64,000 nt of DNA from a virus (taxonomy: Duplodnaviria > Heunggongvirae > Uroviricota > Caudoviricetes), in the IMG/VR virus record IMGVR_UViG_3300029543_000174, positions 50,821 through 114,820 of that record. One strand, written 5' to 3'. The notes below the pieces were generated by a model, which saw nothing but the letters and a program-made list of their open reading frames with translations, was not told the origin of the DNA and made no database searches. This document shows, one piece after another, positions 57,199 through 64,000 of the stretch. Within the stretch, counting starts at the first letter, position 1; each line of letters starts with the position of its first letter. Position numbers and translations under genes: made by a program.

Positions 57199-57846
57199 TT
57201 GAAAAACGCAATTATTTCGGTTGGACTTGTTATTATAATGATATTATCCTTATGTGGTATTCTCAGTGTTGTTACAAACATAACAAGGACTAATGAATTG
57301 GAAGAAAATATTAATACAGCAACATATCAAACTATGGATAAATTCTTTATGGATACAACGGTTGAATCAAATCAAGAAAATGAAAATAGATTTGTATCTG
57401 AATTTACGGCAAATTTAATGAATTTAATTGATAGCGATTCTGAAATCAATGTAAAAGTCGTTAAAATTGACCTCTCTAACGGCGTATTTCGTGTAAACGC
57501 TACAGAAAAATACAAAGGTATGTTTAAAATAAAAAAGTCAATTAAAGCTGACAGAACAATGATTTTGGACTTTGGTTCAAGTGATGTATATAAAAAGAAT
57601 AATATTACTGTTACGTTCTATTGGGATAAGGATAAAGTCGTGAAAAAAATAAGAGCAACGGCAGGGGATAGCGTTTCGGCACCAAATGAATACATTTATG
57701 TAGATAATGCCAATTATCCGATTCCTAATGGCTTTCATGATTTTAAAGGTTGGACCAAAAATAAAGAAACAAATGAACTTGTTGAATTTGAAGACGGAAA
57801 AGAAAGAGTAACCGAAGATACGGTTTACTATGCTGTATTTGAGTAA
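57199..57846 (+). CDS. N-terminally anchored protein, pilus-associated?
   Basis: TTG start. N-terminal TM. Confidence 0.4.
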   Translation: MKNAIISVGLVIIMILSLCGILSVVTNITRTNELEENINTATYQTMDKFFMDTTVESNQENENRFVSEFTANLMNLIDSDSEINVKVVKIDLSNGVFRVNATEKYKGMFKIKKSIKADRTMILDFGSSDVYKKNNITVTFYWDKDKVVKKIRATAGDSVSAPNEYIYVDNANYPIPNGFHDFKGWTKNKETNELVEFEDGKERVTEDTVYYAVFE

Positions 57847-57997
57847 GAGCAAGGAGATGTCAAGATGGCATCTCCTTTTTTGACAAATAAATTGTATGAT
57901 TACAATTATAATGTTGATAGACAAATATACAACAATTGTCGAATAATGTAGAAAAAACGTAAAAAATATTGTATTTTGGAAAGGTTTATGGTAAATT

Positions 57998-58834
57998 ATG
58001 GATGTAAAGGTATATATATTTACACACGATGATAGCAAAAACAGGAGAATTAAATTGAATAACCCAATAGCAAAAATTAATAATGATTTATTGAAAGATA
58101 ATAAAAATGACGATTTTGAGAAGTTATACAAGCAATTATTTAATATCTTTGACAGCACTAATTTAACTGTTGATGAATTATGTGCTCTGCTTAATGAACG
58201 CCAAAATAGAGCATCACAAAAAAGCAATAATATTGACGAATCAAAATATTATGTAAAGAAAACAAGTGATATTGACAAGGTATCATTATATGCCAACTAT
58301 GTTGTGGATTTATTTTCATATTTTAAAGATAAGAATGGCATAACTTTTAATTGTCCGGAAATTAAAATTCATAAGATGATTTTGATTTTACAAATTGCTC
58401 AAGCTTATAATTACATAGATTTTTTCAATCTGAATTATCAAATCGAAATATGTCCTTGCGGATTTAAAATTCCTAATTTAGCTATACATACAGAAAAATT
58501 TGTTAATAATGACTGTTCTGATAAAGAAGTTGATTTTACCTTTGAGGAAAAATATTTATATATAGAAAATTCAGGATGTTTCAATAACAGCCTAATAACA
58601 AATGAAAACAAAAAGAAACTATTTGTATTGTTTAAAAACTTTGCTAATTCTAATCCGCTTGTGTTAGGACAATTCCTTGATACGATTAAAACAGATACAA
58701 TGAAAGAGGAAATAGGTAAGAAAATATCTTCAAAAGATTTTGAAAAATTAGCTACCGATGGAAAAGAAAAAGTGAAAAATTTTAATGGCTTAAATGTATT
58801 TTCATTCTTTAAGGAATTGGAATCAACAAAGTAA
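57998..58834 (+). CDS. hypothetical protein
   Basis: ORF. Confidence 0.4.
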   Translation: MDVKVYIFTHDDSKNRRIKLNNPIAKINNDLLKDNKNDDFEKLYKQLFNIFDSTNLTVDELCALLNERQNRASQKSNNIDESKYYVKKTSDIDKVSLYANYVVDLFSYFKDKNGITFNCPEIKIHKMILILQIAQAYNYIDFFNLNYQIEICPCGFKIPNLAIHTEKFVNNDCSDKEVDFTFEEKYLYIENSGCFNNSLITNENKKKLFVLFKNFANSNPLVLGQFLDTIKTDTMKEEIGKKISSKDFEKLATDGKEKVKNFNGLNVFSFFKELESTK

Positions 58835-58854
58835 CTAAAATTGGAAAAGAACTT

Positions 58855-60159
58855 ATGAGTAGGATTGATAATAAATATTTACAAAGTTTTATAGATATAA
58901 TCAGTGAAGAAAACAGAGTCTTTTCGGTTTTAAATGACAATGATAAAACATTTTGTAAACGACTTTTTGAAAATTATAGTGAAGTACAGAAAATATCAAG
59001 TGGTGAAGATATTTTTTCTTTTCATTACATATATCTATTAGATGAATTAATAATAAACAAACTAAAATGTAACAATTCACTTTGCATAGATGAATTTGAA
59101 TGCAAATTGTCTGTTGATTATTACAAGTTGCTAAAAGATTATTCAAATACACTTGCTGAAAATAATATAAAAGAGCCAGATAAACCTGCGAATCCTTCAA
59201 ATGATACACAGCCTTCAAACCAGACTGGTACAACAAAACCAAGTGAATATTCAGATATTTCAATGACAGAAGAAACTTTTGACTTGGATAATATTCCTTG
59301 GGTATTGGAAACATTAAAATACATTGACATAAAGTGTGAAATGCTTTCTCATGCAAGTTCTTTAACAAATGTATATACCGATGATGCTGTATCTCAAAAT
59401 TTAAAAAACTTAAATGAAGTAAATAAAAAAATCACTGATGTTAATGGCTATATTGATGAAATTGCCAATAATTCTGCTCAAAAGATCACTGAAATTGAAA
59501 AACAATACAATACTCTCGATAATCAAATTAAATTACAGAAAAAATCGTACAAAAAACAAAATGAAAAGTTAAAGCATCAAGAACAAAAAGCAACAGAAAA
59601 TTATATTACTATTTTAGGTATATTTGTTGCAATTGTAACAGTTTTAATTGCTGGTGTGTCATTCACCGGACTTGTTACTAAAGAATTGCTAATGGCAAAC
59701 CCAATAAAATCCTTAATGTTTATTGGAATGATTAGTATTATTTTATATGATGCTTTGCTATCTTTATTTTACTATTTATCAAAATTAACAGGCAAACCGA
59801 TACATAATACAGATTATTGCAATTTTTGCTGTTCAAAAAACAGTTTAAAAAAATTGATTTGTCCGATCGCTCATAATTATAAATTTGCTTTTTGGTCAAA
59901 TGTGATTCTTGGTTTATTTATGTTGTTTTTATTTAATCTTTATTTATTAACCAATAACCATATAAATATAGGCTTTACTTCAAATGGAATTTCGTTTATG
60001 AATGTTTTTATTTCAATGTCAATTCCTGTGTTAATCATAATTTTGTTACTTATTTTTACAAGACCTTGCCAAGAACATATTGATGAATTAAATTCTTCAA
60101 AACAATCAAGTAAAATTCATGTTAAAAAAAGTGAAAAGTCAAATAAAAATGAACAATAG
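58855..60159 (+). CDS. coiled-coil protein with C-terminal TM segments
   Basis: ORF. Central heptad-like region (NLKNLNEVNKKITDVNGYIDEIANNSAQKITEIEKQYNTLDNQIKLQKK) and four C-terminal TM segments. Confidence 0.45.
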   Translation: MSRIDNKYLQSFIDIISEENRVFSVLNDNDKTFCKRLFENYSEVQKISSGEDIFSFHYIYLLDELIINKLKCNNSLCIDEFECKLSVDYYKLLKDYSNTLAENNIKEPDKPANPSNDTQPSNQTGTTKPSEYSDISMTEETFDLDNIPWVLETLKYIDIKCEMLSHASSLTNVYTDDAVSQNLKNLNEVNKKITDVNGYIDEIANNSAQKITEIEKQYNTLDNQIKLQKKSYKKQNEKLKHQEQKATENYITILGIFVAIVTVLIAGVSFTGLVTKELLMANPIKSLMFIGMISIILYDALLSLFYYLSKLTGKPIHNTDYCNFCCSKNSLKKLICPIAHNYKFAFWSNVILGLFMLFLFNLYLLTNNHINIGFTSNGISFMNVFISMSIPVLIIILLLIFTRPCQEHIDELNSSKQSSKIHVKKSEKSNKNEQ

Positions 60160-60167
60160 ACCTTAAA

Positions 60168-60195
60168 CAGCAGCAGGAATTCTGCTGCTTTTTCT
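60168..60195 (+). terminator. rho-independent terminator ACAGCAGCAGG-AATT-CTGCTGCTTTTTC
   Basis: Hairpin followed by a T-run. Confidence 0.65.
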
Positions 60196-60295
60196 TTCTT
60201 TTTTAATTGTAAAACATATGCGAACTTATCCATATCGACATTGACACTATGTACTCCGTGCGGTATAATTTAAGTATAGAAAGGAACGAAAAATT

Positions 60296-63200
60296 ATGAA
60301 GAAAACGTTGAGTTTTTTACTTGCTTTTGCATTGATATTTTCAACTGTAATTGTACCTGTATCTGCTTTTGCTGATACGGATTTTTCAAATTATTCTAAA
60401 TATGTTTATGATTCAAATTCTGATCCTATTGACTACAATAAAGTAGCAGTATTCAAAGATTATGACGAATTGGAAAAATACATTCAATCTCTTAATTTAA
60501 AATTGGAAAATAAGCCTGAATTAATTGATGGATTAGTGTGCTATATTACGTCCGGATATGGTGGATATGGTTCAGATCAAGATTATGATAAACCTTTAGT
60601 AATATCTTTAGGCTATGGTCCGACAAATACTTTCGATGATGGCATTTATGATCAGGCTCTTGCAGGACCGTATTCTGTTAAATTATATCCTATTAAATCA
60701 AATTACATGAGCGATTGTCTTTTTCAAGTTCGTGTTGATAATGGCATTTACACAACCGAACAAATCAATGAATATTATAAAACAATAAAAAGAGCTTTTG
60801 ACGAAATGGACCTTTATGATAAGTCTGATTATGCAAAGGCTACTTCTATTGTTTCTTGGATTGGTAATAATATTAGTTATAACGATGATAATTATCAAAA
60901 TGTTGCAACGGCTATGCTTATCAATAAAGACGGTATCTGTTCTGGATTTTCAAGTTTAGTTAATTATTTTTGTAATATAGTAGGAATTGAAAGTTATGAA
61001 ATGGGTAGTATAGCTCATTCATGGAATGTGTTAAAAATCAACGGTAAATATTATTTCACAGATTGTTCTAATATTATTACTGCAAGGCTTATGTCAGCTA
61101 AAGATTTTGGACGTGTAGATGAAAAGACTTGGGTTGGCGGACAATCAAATGATTATTATATTGAAATGATCAACACAGCTCCATATGTCAAATTGCATAT
61201 CGTAGATGAGGAAACATGGAATGATCCGGGTTGGAAGTCTTTAAAGCAGTTTGTTCTTGACTTTATGGATAATCTTACGTTAGTTGGTATTGATACTATA
61301 GGTCTTGTTGGAGACACTCGTTATCACACACATTCCTCTCCGTATACAATTAGTAAAACTAAAATAAAAAAATCAAATTCATCTTCAAATAATTTAATTT
61401 CTGATGATAATTGCAATCTTAAATATGAAAACATTGACGAGAAATTTACTCAAACCAGTAAATGTAGTGTCAATGGCTATATGACAGGCTATTTTACCGA
61501 TAGAACAGCATATTATACTGACAATGATGTTATAACAGAAAATGCACGTCCTATTAAAGATTGTATCCTTAACGGTAATACCGGCGATAAAGCAGTTAAA
61601 CTTACCACAAAGGAAACTCAGGTTGACCAGTTTGATAACCCAACTGATAAAACTGTTAATTTCACGGAAAACCGTGTAATTGAAACCGGTAAAGTTATAA
61701 AGAACAACAAGACTTCTCATAATTATTACAAGAGGACAATCAAAAATTATACTTGTGATAAAGATACCGTAATTGAATTTGTATGTAAGGATTGTGGTGA
61801 AAGATTTTGTCTTGTAAAATATTGTGATAATCATCAGTTTAAAACTTATGTTGACGTTACACCAAATACATGTACTTCTGACGGCAAAATTAACATTTAT
61901 GATGGAAACGCAACGGATTATGATTTTAAGTCGAAGTCTTTTAAAGGTGTTTCATTGAACAAGCTTAATCATAATATTAAGACTGAGGTTGTTGATAATG
62001 GTACATTAGAAAGAACTTATTGTGATAATACTTCTAATGAAATCACATTAACAACCGATGATATTAAAAATAATCTTATGAATTGCTTGTATTCCAGCGA
62101 TTATGACGGTGTAGACGATTTAAAGTGGAATAAAACTCAAGACCGTAGATTTTGGGAATTTAATTGTGATAATCAAAATGGTCAAACACCGACTATTACA
62201 ATGAAACTCCTCGCTAAAGGTATCAGTGACGGTGTAAGCAATTATGGCACATCTCTTTACTTCACAATTAAAGATGATAAAACGAATGAAGTAAAGACAT
62301 ATAATTTCTGTTATAACGACAAAACGAAAGTAGCAACTCTTACCAATGTAAATGATAAGACTGATGTATTACCGGCTGAAGCAAAAATTGATGGTGTAAC
62401 CATTACTCTCAGTGTTAAGGCTAATTCGGTATATAAGAGATATGGTTATAGTTACTCTTATCTTAACGGAAGATTTTACGAAATAAGAACCAATGGCGCA
62501 TTTTCGGATATGTTTGGTACAAACTGTTATATCAAATTTACATACGATAATTGTAATTATGAAACTACTAAAGAGTTAGATCATTTTTATCAGGAAAGTA
62601 ACAGAACACCTGCTTCTTGTACCAAAGAGGGTACAGTAGAGTATACTTGTAAGCACTGTGGTGCTAAGAAATATGATACTTTACCATTAGCAGAACATAC
62701 TGCTATAATTCAAAATAAAAAGGATTCTACGTGTGCTGAGGAAGGCTATACAGGTGATACTGTTTGTAGTGTATGTGGTAAAACACTCAAAAAGGGAACA
62801 GCAGTTCCTAAAAAGGACCACACGTATAAGATTACAACCGTAAGTGCTAATTGTACTTCTCAGGGTTATGATGAATACACTTGTATTTATTGTGGCTATT
62901 CGTATAAAACAAATTATGTAGAACCTAACGGTAAGCACGTTCCTAAATATGGTGTAAACAAAAAGGAAGCAACTTGTACCGAAAAGGGCTACACCGGTGA
63001 TACGGTTTGTACTGTTTGTAACAAAGTGATTGAAAAGGGTAGTGAAACAAATCCTAAAAATCACAGCTATGTTCTTACAACTGTATCTGCAACGTGTGTA
63101 TCTGAGGGATACGACCTTTATACTTGCTCAAATTGTGGTGATTCATATAAAACAAATATTGTTGCACCAAATAACAAACACACAGTTGTAGTTGACAAGG

Positions 63201-64000
63201 CAGTTCCTGCTACTTGTACTACTGATGGATACACTGCCGGTACCCATTGTTCGGTATGTAATAAAGTTATTTCTGCTCAAAAGGTTATTAAGGCTACAGG
63301 ACATAAGCCTACCAAAATTGCTGCTGTACCTGCTACTTGTTCTTCTACCGGACTAACGGAGGGTTCAGTATGCTCTGTATGTAAAACAGTATTGGTAGAA
63401 CAAAAGGTTGTTCCTGCACTTGACCATAAATGGGATAACGGTACTGTTACCGTTGAACCGACTTGTACAAAGGAAGGTAAAAAGGTTTATCATTGTGTTA
63501 ATTGCAATGAAACTATGATTGAATCAATCGGTAAAACAAATCATTCGTTTGGTAATAATCTTCCTAATTGTTCAGTATGTGGCGCTGCTAATCCAAATTA
63601 TGTAGCGCCAACAAAGCCAACTGAACATACTACAAAGCCTGCTGCTCCTTCACAGCCGCCACAGGCACCGATTCAGCCGAGTGTAATACCAAATGCTCCT
63701 GCTACAACAACACCTGTTCCTGTGCCTACACAGGCTCCTACAAGAGCTGTAGTAAAGGTATCAAAGCCTAAAAAGACTAAAATCAAAAAGGTAAAGGCTG
63801 CTAAGAAAGCATTAGCAGTTACTTGGAACAAAGTATCCGGCGTAAAAGGTTATCAAGTACAGGTTGCAACGGATAAAAAGTTCAAAAAGAACAAGAAAAC
63901 TGTTACAATCAAGAAACAGAAAACAACTAAGACAACCGTAAAGAAGCTTAAAGCTAAGAAAAAGTATTACGTAAGAGTAAGAACTTACAAAACTGTAAAG
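60296..64000 (+). CDS. giant secreted protein: transglutaminase-like cysteine-protease core, at least 8 Cys-rich ~32-aa repeats (ATC..GYTGDTVC.VC.K), Pro-rich linker, shared Fn3-like tail; 3' end beyond window
   Basis: Frame 2 is open from 60296 to the window end; I translated it and found no stop. Signal peptide MKKTLSFLLAFALIFSTVIVPVSAFA. GICSGFS...HSWNV...TDCS forms a Cys/His/Asp triad. Confidence 0.6.
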   Translation, partial: MKKTLSFLLAFALIFSTVIVPVSAFADTDFSNYSKYVYDSNSDPIDYNKVAVFKDYDELEKYIQSLNLKLENKPELIDGLVCYITSGYGGYGSDQDYDKPLVISLGYGPTNTFDDGIYDQALAGPYSVKLYPIKSNYMSDCLFQVRVDNGIYTTEQINEYYKTIKRAFDEMDLYDKSDYAKATSIVSWIGNNISYNDDNYQNVATAMLINKDGICSGFSSLVNYFCNIVGIESYEMGSIAHSWNVLKINGKYYFTDCSNIITARLMSAKDFGRVDEKTWVGGQSNDYYIEMINTAPYVKLHIVDEETWNDPGWKSLKQFVLDFMDNLTLVGIDTIGLVGDTRYHTHSSPYTISKTKIKKSNSSSNNLISDDNCNLKYENIDEKFTQTSKCSVNGYMTGYFTDRTAYYTDNDVITENARPIKDCILNGNTGDKAVKLTTKETQVDQFDNPTDKTVNFTENRVIETGKVIKNNKTSHNYYKRTIKNYTCDKDTVIEFVCKDCGERFCLVKYCDNHQFKTYVDVTPNTCTSDGKINIYDGNATDYDFKSKSFKGVSLNKLNHNIKTEVVDNGTLERTYCDNTSNEITLTTDDIKNNLMNCLYSSDYDGVDDLKWNKTQDRRFWEFNCDNQNGQTPTITMKLLAKGISDGVSNYGTSLYFTIKDDKTNEVKTYNFCYNDKTKVATLTNVNDKTDVLPAEAKIDGVTITLSVKANSVYKRYGYSYSYLNGRFYEIRTNGAFSDMFGTNCYIKFTYDNCNYETTKELDHFYQESNRTPASCTKEGTVEYTCKHCGAKKYDTLPLAEHTAIIQNKKDSTCAEEGYTGDTVCSVCGKTLKKGTAVPKKDHTYKITTVSANCTSQGYDEYTCIYCGYSYKTNYVEPNGKHVPKYGVNKKEATCTEKGYTGDTVCTVCNKVIEKGSETNPKNHSYVLTTVSATCVSEGYDLYTCSNCGDSYKTNIVAPNNKHTVVVDKAVPATCTTDGYTAGTHCSVCNKVISAQKVIKATGHKPTKIAAVPATCSSTGLTEGSVCSVCKTVLVEQKVVPALDHKWDNGTVTVEPTCTKEGKKVYHCVNCNETMIESIGKTNHSFGNNLPNCSVCGAANPNYVAPTKPTEHTTKPAAPSQPPQAPIQPSVIPNAPATTTPVPVPTQAPTRAVVKVSKPKKTKIKKVKAAKKALAVTWNKVSGVKGYQVQVATDKKFKKNKKTVTIKKQKTTKTTVKKLKAKKKYYVRVRTYKTVK

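Noticed and set aside
339-63064. All minus-strand ORFs in the track (for example 339-548, 1357-1569, 7033-7299, 11044-11397, 26736-27014, 34643-35220, 57577-58227, 61394-61834, 62687-63064).
   Set aside because: Each lies inside a well-supported + strand gene, is rich in Phe/Ile/Leu/Asn as expected from antisense AT-rich codons, and lacks an RBS. They are treated as shadow ORFs.

Overview
This 64-kb window is AT-rich and carries roughly 90 genes, all on the + strand, with strong Firmicutes-type Shine-Dalgarno sites (AAGGAGG). No capsid, terminase or tail genes are visible. The content reads like the non-structural part of a very large phage, or a phage-plasmid or megaplasmid, from a low-GC Gram-positive host.

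Recognisable genes:
- Anti-restriction and conjugation-associated: ArdC-like (truncated at the window start) and a DUF2958 protein.
- DNA replication, repair and modification: thymidine kinase, a DnaN-like sliding clamp, RNase H1 with an N-terminal hybrid-binding domain, a SprT-like protein, a RecG-like helicase, a SplB-like radical-SAM protein and a family-1 uracil-DNA glycosylase.
- Methyltransferases: one beta-class N6/N4 enzyme and one C5-cytosine enzyme, neither with a partner endonuclease.
- Other: two YopX paralogs, LemA, an SPFH protein and a distant NfeD-like protein, a metallophosphoesterase, a HicB-like protein, an EndA/NucA-like lipoprotein nuclease and a sortase-like protein.
- Secreted proteins: a family that shares a lysine-rich Fn3-like module, including a 932-aa BspA-type LRR protein and a >1230-aa transglutaminase-like protein with Cys-rich repeats that runs off the 3' end of the window.

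RNA and repeat features:
- A tRNA cluster holds Leu-UAA, Gly-UCC, Asn-GUU, Met-CAU, Lys-UUU and one atypical tRNA-like gene.
- Three CRISPR-like mini-arrays flank and interrupt the tRNA cluster. Each has 36-nt repeats that begin GTTTTTGTACT (type II-A-like), 30-nt spacers and a conserved leader of about 130-150 bp. No canonical cas genes are present.
- The gene immediately upstream of the first array encodes a 598-aa TnpB/Cas12-like RuvC protein whose RuvC-I aspartate appears to be replaced by serine.

Other notable features:
- A promoter-like motif of about 60 bp with core TTGCG(C/A)GAT-TATATAGTG occurs 15 times upstream of + strand genes.
- A conserved 30-nt hairpin box occurs three times.
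- A GC-rich, ORF-free island of about 400 nt lies downstream of dnaN.
- A Tad/Flp-like pilus locus contains a CpaF-type ATPase, a large polytopic membrane protein and three Flp-like small peptides.
- A 48-aa tandem-repeat protein family is present.
- Several small hydrophobic peptide genes are present.
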